From positions 235,826 to 299,825 of the forward strand of contig NW_005434595.1 in assembly GCF_000315625.1 (NCBI RefSeq): a stretch of DNA of 64,000 nt, in the 5' to 3' direction. The position numbers were made by a program, and so were the translations under genes. This document shows, piece by piece, positions 24,001-39,000 of the stretch; the stretch's first letter is position 1, and each line of letters opens with the position of its first letter. The notes beneath the pieces are model-generated. The model saw only the letters and a list, made by a program, of their open reading frames with translations. It did no database searches and had not been told where the DNA came from. The stretch is from Guillardia theta CCMP2712 (taxonomy: Eukaryota; Protista; Cryptophyta).

Positions 24001-27000
24001 GATCATGGACAAATAATGCGCTGTCCTTCCAATTGACACACAGCTCGCTCGCAGGTTTGCAATATCCGCACTCGTTAGTGATCAGCTTTGATGTAACCAA
24101 TCCCACCTTTGGACAGACAGCTCCATCTGTCTCGTTGATCGTCCAGAGCGGATTATTCCAGAGGTCCTTTGCGGTTGATTCAAATTCGGGAATCCTTGCT
24201 GTGCAGACCCCGAGCTTTACCACCTTTACACCATCAGACACAGGCAAACATAATCCATGTGAGACCAACATCGTAAACATCCATTTGAATCCCAACGTTC
24301 CTTTCAGTTGCGCAACCAACTTGACTATCACTGGGTTTGGCAGCAACACATTGAGTGGTACACCACAACTCGATTCAACAGATGTGTCATATTACACGTT
24401 TGAGGGGGGCACCTTGAAATTCCTCGTGCCAGCTGGCACTGACACCAATACTCATGTACTTGGACTTTCGTTTTTGAACGGCGCGAGTGTTCAAAATGGG
24501 CAGAAGGACTTCACTGTTTCGAGTGGAGGCAACAACGGCATACAATTCACTTCAAGCTCAGTATCCCTTTCAACAGCCATCCTGACAGTGTTAGACTTGA
24601 AGATCCAGAGCGTCACCCTCGATCAATCATCGGTAACCCCATGCGCAGCAAACAATTTGAGCTTTGTTGTGCAAACTTCTGTAAACTTGCAATATGCATC
24701 AAATGTATATTTGAATGTCTCAGGGCTCAATTTCCTTTCGACTGCCAAAACTATTGATGTGTACTTTGACGGAGCAGTGGTTCAAGCTACATGGTCTCAG
24801 GGAACCGTACAGATAACTTCTTTCCCGCACACTGGGAGCTCATTGTCCTTCTGGTTCACCATAGATAACCCCGTACAGTCACCTCAAAACAACATCGAGG
24901 TTGCTCTCAAGATTGAATGTTCTAGCACTTCACACGCGAGCGATCAGCTCAGTATTCACGGTCTGAATGTCTCTGACTTCAGCTGGACTCTTGCAAGCAT
25001 TGGTCAAAGTTCGCCATATCCTTGCGATTACGTTGCAATCACTGTCTCGCTGATTCCCTCAGTGGAACTTCTTCCTAATTGCGCGTCAAAGATCACGATT
25101 ACGGGATTATCACACACGTTGAGCTCCAGCAACAACGCCTTGCCGTTGTCTTTGTCTGGCCCTTTCGAGTCAACTGCTGACTACAGTCTGAGTCAAGGGT
25201 CCCTCATCCTTACCTTGACAAATTCGCTTACTACTCAAGGTGCTACCATCCAATTCAACCTGTACAATGACGTGTACAACAAGCAAGCTGATACGATTTC
25301 CTTGTCCACCACGTTGCAATACGTCGGTTACACATCCACCAAGTCTGCCCCCGCGACCTTCACAACTCTTCCTTCCTTTTTCCCTGCTCTCCAGGTGCAG
25401 GACTTGGTCTTCAGCACCAAAGTTGTCGGCCAAAGCAATCCTTATCCAGGCTGTTCGAACAGCATCGTCGCTACTCTAACAGTGAATGTTGACCTTGCCG
25501 TGAACGACAAATGTAAACCTTCGTTCGTTTTCAGCAGTCCTGGCTTCACCAATGTGGTGATGAGCCCCAGCGTGCCGTTGGTGGCCTCAACGGGTTGCGG
25601 CTTTCGAAATGATTCATACGAGATCTTTGAGTCGACTGATCAGCTTGTCGGGTATGGCTCCTATTCTGCTAACTCCATCACTGTGAACCTCATCAGCGGT
25701 AAACGGATCTCAGCCAACCAGACCTTCTACATTCAATTTGATGTTCAAAACCCCATAACAGGACTGGATAAGTATTTTCCCACTGGAATCTCGAGCTCTA
25801 CAGCAACGATTCAATACTATCCAATCAACGGCAATTACTTGCATTATTCGCCTGTCACCATGGATTTACCTGTTGTGAAGCCTTGCTGTCTATGCAACGG
25901 TTCTTCATCTGTTTCTGATTCGGAGCCATTTCGAGTCACCACGCCAGGAGTGTGCTCGGCTTCAATCTACCAAAGCAACTATTTCCCGTGTGGCAACAAC
26001 ACATTGACCGTCGCGTTTACTTTCAAGACTGTTGTCCCTGCAGGTTTCAGTATCATCATTTCGAACATTCAAGGAGCAGTAGCAGCACCTGGATCGATAA
26101 TGTTGTTGGAGGCAAATGCAGGGCCGAATCAGAACATGCTCTTTGCAGACAATAGCTTGCAACCAGGTCATGGAGAATGGAATAATGACCAAAAGAGTCT
26201 GACTCTCAAGGTCCTCCAGAACCTAACCTGCGAGAAGGAATACAGGTTTCAATTCGAGGTTACCAATCCTACTTCTGGACAGGATCCTCCTTCAATTTCT
26301 CTTGCAGTGCATACTGACAGTGACCAGATATTCATCAACAGCCGGGTAATGATGGAAGGAACAGCTTCCTCAGATTACTATGCTATGTTTGTCACCAACG
26401 TGCAACTTCAAAGCTATATTCGACAAACAACGAATGTTCCGTGCGACTTGAACACCATTCAGGTCAGCATAAAGTCCAACGTCAATCTTTACACGAAATG
26501 CAAACTTCAGATTACGATCGATGGTTTGTCAGGATCTATGACGGAAGACACAGACTCCTTGGCAATCGCCTACAGCGGATCGAACGCAAACTTCCTTGGA
26601 GCTAGCGGGTACTGGAGGCAGCAGCTAGGAAAGTTCTGGTCGTCTCTAGATGCCGACATTGAGCAAGGCACCTGGTATGAATTCGAGTTCAAGATTCGGA
26701 ACCCGCCACAGCAGCGCACGGGGGTCGTTTCCAACATCACCGTCGGAGGCGGCATCCAGCTGAAGCAGATCCTCTCCGTAGCTCAAGGCAACGATCAACC
26801 GCTCACAGTCGCGGACGTCGAGATCAGGTTGGGATACTCGGGGCAGAGCTCGCCTTGGCCCTGCGACGTGAACACCATCAGGATCGAAGTCGGATTCTCT
26901 CAGCCCCTGTTACCTTCTTGCAACCGAAGCATACTGTTCCAAGGGTTCAACCACTGGGACTTGGCGTCGCTTTCGCCGTCTTACCTCGTGAACAATTCAG

Positions 27001-30000
27001 AGGTTCCGTCTGGGTATGTGACCGTGCTGCATGCTCATGACCTGTTGTTCAACCTTGGATTCCTGACAGACTCAGTGTATAACTTCACGGTTCAATTCAA
27101 TGTTCATAATCCCGTGTCTAGTTCGTCGGCACTGATGCTTTACGCGAGTGCGAACTTGTCTTACTCCATGAACAACCAGTACGAGCAGAAGCGCATGGCC
27201 CAGTATCAATTACAGCCCTACGATGATGTGTCGCTTGTATCCAGCGCTTTCAGTGTTGGCTCCACCGTCACCTCAGATATCTCTGCTACCGCAACTGACA
27301 CGCATGTTGGGTATGTGCGAGGCTTAGATTACACTCTTTTGCATGTGCAACAAACCTCCGACATGTCATCTCCTACGAATCCTTGTACGAATATTGTGAT
27401 CAATCTAACATTCGCTGCCACAGTCCCTTTGTTCGCCAGTTGTCATGTCAACTTGACTTTTGAAGGACTTGTCTCACAATATAATCCGTTCCAAGTTTTC
27501 GTTCCAGTCGAAACCACAGATAGTTTGAGTTACGCTTTTGACTCATGGAATGCCGCTAGTGGATCGTGGGCGATGGCAGTCGTGAAAGATGTTGTTGCTG
27601 GGGAAGCATACACGATTGTGATCAACAAAACTCAAGATGTTCGACAATCCAATGGCATCCAATCCATGCACATGAATACGATCTTTGTCGGGAAAACATA
27701 CACGAATACTGTAAACATCGGGCAAGGTGACCTGAAACCCTTGTATGTCGAACAACTTGCTTTCCAAGGTCTCTTCATGAATCAGAGTACAGCGTATCCT
27801 TGTGATCAGAATGCTATTCAAGTACTGTTTTCTCTCGCTAACGGAATGTGGATAATGAACGGTTGTCAACTCAACATCACCATCTCCAATCTGATCGGGT
27901 CGCTGACTCCCGATGGCAGTCTTGCCGTTGAGGGCCTGCATGGAACCACGAATGGCATGTGGCAGCAGTTGACTGGTGACCTCAAGTACGTGCTTCCATC
28001 CGATAGGATGCAAAACGAGTTTGATCTTCGCTTCACCTTGATGAACCCCAACTCGCACCACGACTATGTTGTTCCCAAGATTCAAGGTCAGGTGTCAAAC
28101 GGGCTCCACGCTGCCGATGTCACAACAAGTGCCTTTAACCTAGACCATCAGAGTTACAGTTATGGTTGTAATTCTACCGGAACCATCCGCTTGCCCCTGT
28201 ATGTTGTTCCTTCTACCCTCCATTCCGTGGAGATGAGTCAAACTTCAACGATTCCTTGCGACAACAACGTCCTTGAGACGGTCATCAAGACATCCACACC
28301 CATACAGATCAACAACCAGTACGGCTGCTCGGCTTCGATTACGTTGGCTGGCCTCACTGGAAGCCAACAACCAAATACAAACAGCTTCTCGATCCAACAG
28401 CCAAGTTCAACGCAGATGTTCAGCAGCAATCAAAATGTCTGGACGAATGGAGTTCTTGTGGTAAAGGTAGCTCAATCCCTTGACGTCTGCACACCGTACA
28501 ACATCAACGTGTCATTGGTGAACGGGGCTCAAGGACAATTCTCTCCGCCCATCTCGTACTCATACGGGTCCCAGACACAACAACCAGTCATTCGCGGTTA
28601 CGGTGACTCTGCTCCTTTGTACATCATGAATGTCTCTTTTGTGACCAAGAATATCGGACAGACCAACCCTTATCCCGGTTGCATGAATACCATCATCATC
28701 ACCCTCGCTTTCAATGTTCCTTTGAAGGCTAGTTGCCCAACTTCCTTCAACATCTCAGGTTTGACTGACGCTTCTGTGTCAACCTACAGTTCCAACATCT
28801 TGCAGAATGCTGCAGCGTCATATCCTATGGCCGGTTCAATCTCGTTGACAGGAGAGAAGCACTTGTACGAGAACGTTTCGCTGAATGAATCATGGTGGGC
28901 CCCAGGATCATGTCCGGCTGGCAACGCAAGGATCTCCTCGCAATTCTTCATGGACCAGTGCCACCCAAGAGCTGGACGATGCACAGTGCAAGGAACCAGC
29001 GGGAAGGGTTTCTGGGAGAGAGGCTACGTGAGTTCGTTCCATGGCTCAGCATCTGGCAGTAGGTTTGATACAATAGCGGGTTACGGGTCGCCTTTGTCTG
29101 CTTTCAATGCATCCTTCACGGACTTGACATGCAACAAGCTGATCTCGGAAGGGATCGGGTACTCGTCTGGAGGCAAGTTGTCCTCAGGCCTTGAGTTCTC
29201 TGTCGATAACCGCTTGATTCTTTGGCTGGCTCAAGACACAGTCGCTCAGCAGGAGTACGTGATTGAATTCCAGATATCAAACCCGATCCAAGCACAGAGC
29301 TCACCAACCGTAAAGATCGAAGGGTTGATAGGAGATGGCTCAAGCTTGCAGCGTTCTCAATTCATTAGAGACACCAACGGGCATCTCTCTCCTTCAACGG
29401 ATGTATGCGGGAAAGAAACTTCGAAATATGATATGAACAAGGACTCTTCCACGCTGCTCTGCTGTGTTTCATGCACGGACACAGGATCTGGAGCGGTTCT
29501 AGGAGATGCTGAACCTCTGAAGATTCACACTCCAACATTCTGTGTGAAGCAAGTCGTGCAAGAGATTCCATACCCATGCCAGCAAAACAAACTGACTATC
29601 ACCTTCATGGCAAACACCTACTTCTCAGCAAATGGAAGTGTCATCATCATTTCGAATTTGATTGGAGCTATGGCAGAAACTGGACCGATCCAGTTAATTG
29701 ATGGAAATTCAGGTGTGGGTCATCATCTTTTGTTCGCCTCCTCTGAGAACGCCACATCCTCTAAGGGCTATGGCCTCTGGAACAACCAGAGCAAAACTTT
29801 GCTCTTGTATGTTGCCGAGAATTTGGATTGCTCAAGTGAGTACTCGGTATCGTTCATGGTCTGGAACCAAAGGTACTCTCAGCAGCCTCCTGAGATCTCA
29901 ATCAGTGCAAATTGGACTGCCAACAGCAAGATGATCTTCAAGACTCCAGTTGTCATTCCACCAACAGCAATGAGAACACCTCAAAACTATCAGGCAGCTC

Positions 30001-33000
30001 TGATGATATATGCTCTGGAATTGAGCTCGCTTGCGATCACTCAATCCAAGAAATATCCCTGTGATGATGATGTCATCACTATCAGCTTTCAGTCCAATGT
30101 GCCGATCTCCAATAACTCATACTGCTCCCCTTATTTGCTTCTGCGTGGCTTTCAAAATGCTCTTGTTACTCCATCGCAGTCAGTGACGTCATCACAGAGC
30201 ACGTTTGAACTGGCAGGCTCCTGGTCGACATCGTCTTCCTACCACTCTCTGCATCTCCAAGTCATAGGCTCCATCCAAGCAAATATGCCTTACTCGTTTG
30301 ACGTCTCTGTCAAAAACCCGCCGTTTGCTCAGGCCTGTTCGATTGTGAACATTAGTGGGGTAGGTTTGGGTGAGCCTTGCTATGGATGTGCCGCTACCGT
30401 CTTCAATGCCGGATGCTCATTGGAGGTCTCTGAATTGAAGATTTCTGCGCAGATCTATCAAACGTCTCCTTTCCCTTGCGACTCGAATGACATCGTGGTA
30501 ATGCTCTCGAGCAACATGCCCGTCCTTTGTCACGGTAGCATCACCTTGTCGGGTCTGCAAGGCGCCAGCAGTCCAGCCTCAGGTCAGGTTGCTCTCAGCG
30601 GGTCTGAGGTGTTCACCTCACCAGGGCAGTGGAGTCTGACGCAGGGTCATTTGCTAGTGAATTGGACCTCCTTGTGGCCTACTGATAGTCAAAACTTCAG
30701 CTTCCAGATCGGAAATCCATACTCTAGTTCAGTGACCTCTCTGACTGCACACGTCGATCTGACGATGTATGAGAGCTCTTTCCCCACCATTCAAACAGCT
30801 TACGCTGCATCCATGAGCGTCATGAATGAGAGTACCATTCGTAACATCTCTGGAAAGGCTGTGAATCTCGAATTCTATTACCAGGACTATATCCCCTTGT
30901 ACATCAGGACGCCAGGCTTCGTGTCGATATCTTATTCGGCTCTCAGCAGCACTCCATGTGATCAGACCATCTTGTCAGTTGTGTTTTCGATGAACGTTCC
31001 TTTCATCAAATCGAATGTCAGCCAGTGCGATCCCACGTTGGTCATCGAGGGACTCAACTTCTCCACAGTACATGATTACAATCCTTACATGACAGATTCG
31101 AGTGTGACTGTCGACATGACTAGTCTCAATGCATATGATGTATTCCGCTTCTCTGTTCCTCTCCTCGCTGGCGACACGTACACTCTCAACGTGAATGTCA
31201 GTCTTCCTTTTATGATACCCGACGGTGAACTAATTGCAAAACTTTGGCACAACCCTATGCCCTATTTAGTCGTCAAATTCAAGGACTTGATTGATACCTT
31301 CGATTACTCCTTTTCTTCCTTTTTGACTTCTTCGAATTCTCCATGTGATTCAAATACTCTGTCGTTTGTTCTGAACCTCAATAGTTCGCTTGCTCACCGA
31401 TGTACGGTCCATCTTAGATTGAGTTATCAACACAACCTTTCTTACACAGATTACCTATCGTCCGAATTTCAGCTTTTGAGTGCATTGGGAAATGCATTTG
31501 AATATTCATGGGATTCTACTTATTCCAATCTGGCACGAGTGCAGAATTTTGGCTTTAATCTTTCAAATCCTGCCAATTCACTAGAGGAAATGATTTATGC
31601 AGAGATGATTGTTACTGAAAGATGGGGTCAGGAACACAAATACGGTATCAATCGCAGCGCAATGTTTCCGATCACAATCTTGCAGCTTTCGATCCATGCG
31701 GAAGTCATCCAATCTTCTTCCTTTCCGTGCAGCACGAATTACATTTCTATCAATTTTCATACAAACATAAATCTGAAACAATCTTGCTTGCACAATCTGG
31801 AGTTCTTGAATTTCTCGAATGCTTGGTCAACAAATGCGTTCATGAACTTTACTGAAGGAAGCGGAGCCGTGGATCTGTTCATGGCACAATGGATACAACC
31901 GTCGCAAACCCTCGTGCTGTATCCACAATCAGATCTCACAGCTGGTGATTACAATCTGACTTTTGCCGTTGTAAATCCGTTGCCACCACAACAAGGAAAT
32001 CAGGTCGAGATTCTTGTCCATGGAAATTTTGTTCCGAACCGCTTCAAAACATCTTCAACTGTTATGAATGTGACATCTCTGGATGTATTAGATGTTGTTT
32101 TCAACCAGTCGTCTTCTGTCCCTTGTGACAACAACACGATCAGCGTTTATTTCAAGACAAATGTTCCCCTCTACCCGAGATGTCACTTTCAAGCAAGCTT
32201 CTTCGGATCGTATCCCTGGAGTCAGACTAAATGGTCTAGATCCATATCGCTTCCCAGCGAAGTTGCTGCCGACGAACAGGTCTCCCTCTCCTTCGGAATT
32301 CAAAATGAGCGTTTCTGGGGCCCGTCCGAAGTGATCATCATGAACTTGTCCGGGACTAGTTGGGATGGGAAGGTATATGGCTTCGTTGCACCGTATAATT
32401 CTCCTTCTCTTCACTGGCCACTCACCGTTAGCAATAATTCTTGGATCGTAGCAAACATCTCTCAGAGCAATGCTATACCATGTGCTCAGAATGTGTTTGA
32501 AGTCTACCTTCGACCGTCAGTGGACCTGCTGGTCCCATGCGGGTCTCCAACATTCACAATATCAGGACTTCCTCTTTCATCAAGTCTGAGCAGCCTGACG
32601 CTCCAGTCCTGCTCCAACTCTGCTGGACTACAGTTCGCTTCGACTGCCAGTGTCCAAAGTGGCTTACTCAGTCTCACGCTGCAGTCGAACATGTTGAGCT
32701 CCGATTTGAGCTGCTTCAAGTTCATCATCACCAACGCGCAAACGAGTTCCAGTGGAACATCAGGCTTGAATATCGCAGGTCGTGAGTTCAGTGGCTCGCT
32801 GACTCAGAACGATCTGATAGCAAACACTTACACTTGTGCATCAACTAAGCAATACGTCATTGGAGAGGTTCAAAATGCCTCCTTCCTTGTCCGAAGTGTC
32901 ACGCAAGACAATGAATTTCCTTGCGGCTTAAACAAGATCTCCTTGCAGATCCAACCGAATACTGATCTGCCGTCGGGTTCAAGGATCACAATCTCAGGGT

Positions 33001-36000
33001 TAATCAATACCAACTCTCCGGACAACAACGCCATGGAGATCTCTGGGAACGATGCCAGTCAATTTTCTGGTTCCAAGGGAATGTGGTATCAAAATACCGG
33101 TACTCTTGTTCTTCAAGTGGCAAATGATATCTCTAGCTGCTCAGTCCTGGAGTTCTCATTCTCCGTTTTCAATCCCACAGTCAGCAGCTGTTCATCGACA
33201 AGCAATCCTAATCTTCTTCACTGTCCGGTATCGCTGACCATCAACGCGTCTGAGGGAGTCTGCTATCCAACCGAGTACATGGTTAATGGGAACGGGCCGT
33301 TAGCACCACTGTACGTCTTGCGTCCACAATGGACTTACACCGAGATCTTTCAGGCCAGCGCCTATCCGAATGCAATCAATACCATCACAGTTAGATTCAG
33401 GACAAACGTCCCATTGTATTCAGATTGTCCCAGTTCCGTGTACGTGGTGATTTCAGGTTTGAACGACAAATCTTGGAGTGACAGTAGTGCAACCCTGAAT
33501 ACTCAGATTTCTTGGCAGACGATGGAAAGTGAACATCTGGTGATCCCCTCGACAGGTCCTATTCTCCTCCTGCCCCCGGCGTCTCTGGTGTGCGGAAACG
33601 GACAGCAGAGTCTGGGACCTTCATACTTTCAGGATCAGCAGAAGACTGTCTCTCAAGGAGACTGGAACAACGGATTCAGCAATGTCAAGCAACCGACGAA
33701 TCAAGACAGGACCCTGACCGTATACCCCCGAATGAACCTTGACAACGACACCATCTACTCCTTCTCCTTCAAGCTTGAAAACCCTGTCGTGCCTCAAAAT
33801 GCAGTGCCTGTTTCGATCGCGGCCTATGGAATTCCAATACCAAAGACACTGATGAACGTCTCGCTTGCAAGGCCCTGCTGCTATCAGTGCGGCAAGCAAG
33901 GCCAGATCAACGAGACTTTCTCAGCTCCTCTCAAGGTCATCGACCCTTACTTCTGTGCCAAGACGATCGCTCAGTCTAGCACCACTCCCTGCAGCATCAA
34001 CACCCTCACTGTTACATTGGCAGCAAATGTCCCGCTTCTAAGAAACCAGAGTCGCATCAAAATCTCGAATTTGTTGGGTGCGGAGTATGAAACAGGAGAG
34101 ATTCCATTGGTTGATGCTTCGGGGGGAGCCAAGCACAATGAGTTCTTTGGCAGCAGCTTCACATCATCAGTTGGAACCGCCTCATGGAACAACGAGACGA
34201 AGGAGCTAGAGCTTTACGTCCTTGCAGATACAGAAATAAGCTCCCAGTACATGATCGCTTTCAATGTCTACAACGCACCGAATGCACAAGGTGCTGTGAA
34301 GGTTCAGATTGAAGCCATCGATGTAGGAAACAGCGGTTATGTGTTCCAGAACGGTGTTTCCATAGCCAAATATGAAATGGATTACCCTGTTTATCCACAA
34401 ACAAACACATATTTGTATTATCCGTTGTACATCCTACCGATCAATTTTACGTTGCTCGACGTTTCATCTAGCAGCACATACCCTTGCGTTGAAAACTACA
34501 TTTCTATTGCTTTCCAGACTGATGCAGATGTAAATCTAAGGTGCTCACCTTCTTTGACCTTCAGCGGCTTTCCAAATCCATACGTGCTTGTTGACTCAAC
34601 TCTCCGTGGACCGAATGCAGGAAGCTTTAGTTTTCAGAGCTGGGTAAGCAATGATGCTGCTTTGTCTGTAAGCCTTACGGAAACTTTGACTGCGAATACG
34701 CTCTACAACTTCAGCATCGCAGTTTACAACCCTGTGACCGGGGCCAGCAGAAGCAACGTCACTGCGTATCTATCGCATTTGAGCTCAACGATGCGGCGAG
34801 AAGCTACCAATGTCTTGTTTACAGAAGCTGTCATCACGAGTACGCAAGTGTATCAGAGTAGTTCTATTCCTTGTGACGACAACAACACTCTGACAATCCA
34901 ATATCAAATGAACGTTCCATTGTTTCAAGCATGCAATGCTGTCGTGAATCTGAAGAACCTGAAGGGCACAGTCTCTCCAACTTCTAATCAGTCCACAGTT
35001 CTCTACTCCTTCGATCAAAACCCAGCAGTAGACGGATTGTCAGCCACATGGACAGGACAGAACGTACAGATTGAAGTGGGAAATGAAATGCAAACTGCGA
35101 ATATTGCTGAAGCTACCAGTTTCATGCTGCACATCAGAATAATTAATGGTTATGCCAGTCAAGCGTCTCAGACCATCTCCTTTGAGCTAATCCTTGCTTC
35201 CAGCAATTACAGCGCAACTAAGTCATTAACGCCTGCATTGACGGCAGATGCTAATTCAAATCACATTTATTCCAGCGCCATGTACAGTGAGGTGAGCAGC
35301 ACTGATTCCCTTCCTCTATACATCAGAGGAACATCTTTCACCTACACCTGGATCAACCAGAGCACCTCGTACCCCTGTGCTGAGAGCACCATCACCTTCG
35401 AGCTGACTCCCTCCGTCGATGTCCTCACCAACACCTACTGCCACACACAGGTCACCGTTGCTGGCCTCAACGGATACCAGACACCAACCGACTACAACTT
35501 CACTGTCAGCAACCTGGCTGGAGACTTCTACAGCAACGGCCAGTGGACCAACGACGACACAGGCATGCTCGCGTTCTCGATCCAAGGAACACTCACAGCC
35601 TCGGAGAGGTACGGTTTTACCGTCAAGCTCCAGAACCCTGTCTACGCGCAGATGGCTCCCTCGGCTCCGACGCTCAAGATCACGCCGCAGATGGCAACGG
35701 CAGTCAGCTTCCAAGAGCCGAGTATGTCCACGTACAAGCCAGGATACTTCGAGAACATCACCTTCTCCTTGTTCGTGAACCAGAGCTCGGCGTACCCCTG
35801 CGACCCCTTGAACCGTATCACGGTGCTCCTCGAGTCCAACGTGCCCATACCTAACACGTGCAAGCTCGCCAATGACAACATGACTTACACGCCGCTGATC
35901 ACCCTGAGCGGTCTGATCAACTCCGACACCAACGAGACGTCGATCACTCTCTCGGGAGACAACACGTTCAACTCCCAGATAGCGACGTGGACTCGGACCA

Positions 36001-39000
36001 CGGGTGAGCTGGTTCTTCCTAAGGTCGAGCTCAACGCCAACGAGGTCTACTCGTTCGATTTCACCTTGAAGAACCCAGCGACTCCTCAGAACGCCCCGCC
36101 AGTGTATGTCACCGCGAGCATCCTTGAGATAGCCAAGGGCGGGGCCCACCCTCGCGCAGACAATAACGGTCTAGTGCATCATCAGTTGACGGAGATGTCA
36201 TATCCTTTGTACATCATGACGCCCAACATCACGTACTTGGATATCAAGCAGAGCTCACCATATCCTTGCGCATCGAATACTCTGACCGCTTCGTTGCAGT
36301 CGAACGTGATGCTGTACACTACCTGCTCACCGGAGTTGACGATCGCTGGTTTGCAGGGCAGCACTAGTGCGCAAGCTGACATACAAGTCACCTCCTCGGA
36401 AGTCGGGTTAGTTTCGTGGGACTACACGTCAGGACAGCTGGTGGTCAACGTGACTGCAGATGCCAAGGATCTGAGCATCACGGTCATCCTGACAAACGGA
36501 CCATCCAGCAAATCTTTGACAAGCATTGAAGTGTCGGGGTCGTTCACCGGCTACCACTGGGAAAACAAGCGATCTCAAACTTACAACGCCTTGGACGGCA
36601 GCAGCGGACAAGTGAGCGATTTTGCAGTGGTGGCGAGCTCCATTCCCAATTATGACTACCCGATGTACATCATGCAGCCCACGATAAAGCAAGCGATCGC
36701 CAACCAATCCTCCCACGTTCCTTGCGATACAAACACCATCACTGTATCCCTCACCCTGAACGTCCACCTGTTCCAGAGCTGCTACCCCTTGATCACGTTG
36801 AAAGGTCTGGAAGGAATCAAAGGCAACATCACATCAATCTCGTACAGCTTGCCTGATGTCGACACATTGAGCAGCTCTGGCGGTCAACTCGTCTTGAACC
36901 TCACCGATGGAGATCCGTCCGTAGACCCTCTGCTACAGAGCAATCTATCATTCAGCTTCCAAGTAACCAATCCGTCGACGAGTGCTCCTGCGGACCTCTC
37001 ACTTGACCTCCATTATGCAAGTCAAAGGTCGTCTTACACCATCCCTCAAACAGGAGGATACACATGGCCGTTGTACTTGATGAACCTGGACTTCACCTAC
37101 ACCTGGATCAACCAGAGCACCTCGTACCCCTGTGCTGAGAGCACCATCACCTTCGAGCTGACTCCCTCCGTCGATGTCCTCACCAACACCTACTGCCACA
37201 CACAGGTCACCGTTGCTGGCCTCAACGGATACCAGACACCAACCGACTACAACTTCACTGTCAGCAACCTGGCTGGAGACTTCTACAGCAACGGCCAGTG
37301 GACCAACGACGACACAGGCATGCTCGCGTTCTCGATCCAAGGAACACTCACAGCCTCGGAGAGGTACGGTTTTACCGTCAAGCTCCAGAACCCTGTCTAC
37401 GCGCAGATGGCTCCCTCGGCTCCGACGCTCAAGATCACGCCGCAGATGGCAACGGCAGTCAGCTTCCAAGAGCCGAGTATGTCCACGTACAAGCCAGGAT
37501 ACTTCGAGAACATCACCTTCTCCTTGTTCGTGAACCAGAGCTCGGCGTACCCCTGCGACCCCTTGAACCGTATCACGGTGCTCCTCGAGTCCAACGTGCC
37601 CATACCTAACACGTGCAAGCTCGCCAATGACAACATGACTTACACGCCGCTGATCACCCTGAGCGGTCTGATCAACTCCGACACCAACGAGACGTCGATC
37701 ACTCTCTCGGGAGACAACACGTTCAACTCCCAGATAGCGACGTGGACTCGGACCACGGGTGAGCTGGTTCTTCCTAAGGTCGAGCTCAACGCCAACGAGG
37801 TCTACTCGTTCGATTTCACCTTGAAGAACCCAGCGACTCCTCAGAACGCCCCGCCAGTGTATGTCACCGCGAGCATCCTTGAGATAGCCAAGGGCGGGGC
37901 CCACCCTCGCGCAGACAATAACGGTCTAGTGCATCATCAGTTGACGGAGATGTCATATCCTTTGTACATCATGACGCCCAACATCACGTACTTGGATATC
38001 AAGCAGAGCTCACCATATCCTTGCGCATCGAATACTCTGACCGCTTCGTTGCAGTCGAACGTGATGCTGTACACTACCTGCTCACCGGAGTTGACGATCG
38101 CTGGTTTGCAGGGCAGCACTAGTGCGCAAGCTGACATACAAGTCACCTCCTCGGAAGTCGGGTTAGTTTCGTGGGACTACACGTCAGGACAGCTGGTGGT
38201 CAACGTGACTGCAGATGCCAAGGATCTGAGCATCACGGTCATCCTGACAAACGGACCATCCAGCAAATCTTTGACAATCATTGAAGTGTCGGGGTCGTTC
38301 ACCGGCTACCACTGGGAAAACAAGCGATCTCAAACTTACAACGCCTTGGACGGCAGCAGCGGACAAGTGAGCGATTTTGCAGTGGTGGCGAGCTCCATCC
38401 CCAATTATGACTACCCGATGTACATCATGCAGCCCTCGATAAAGCAAGCGATCGCCAACCAATCCTCCCACGTTCCTTGCGATACAAACACCATCACTGT
38501 ATCCCTCACCCTGAACGTCCACCTGTTCCAGAGCTGCTACCCCTTGATCACGTTGAAAGGTCTGGAAGGAATCAAAGGCAACATCACATCAATCTCGTAC
38601 AGCTTGCCTGATGTCGACACATTGAGCAGCTCTGGCGGTCAACTCGTCTTGAACCTCACCGATGGAGATCCGTCCGTAGACCCTCTGCTACAGAGCAATC
38701 TATCATTCAGCTTCCAAGTAACCAATCCGTCGACGAGTGCTCCTGCGGACCTCTCACTTGACCTCCATTATGCAAGTCAAAGGTCGTCTTACACCATCCC
38801 TCAAACAGGAGGATACACATGGCCGTTGTACTTGATGAACCTGGACTTCACCTACACCTGGATCAACCAGAGCACCTCGTACCCCTGTGCTGAGAGCACC
38901 ATCACCTTCGAGCTGACTCCCTCCGTCGATGTCCTCACCAACACCTACTGCCACACACAGGTCACCGTTGCTGGCCTCAACGGATACCAGACACCAACCG

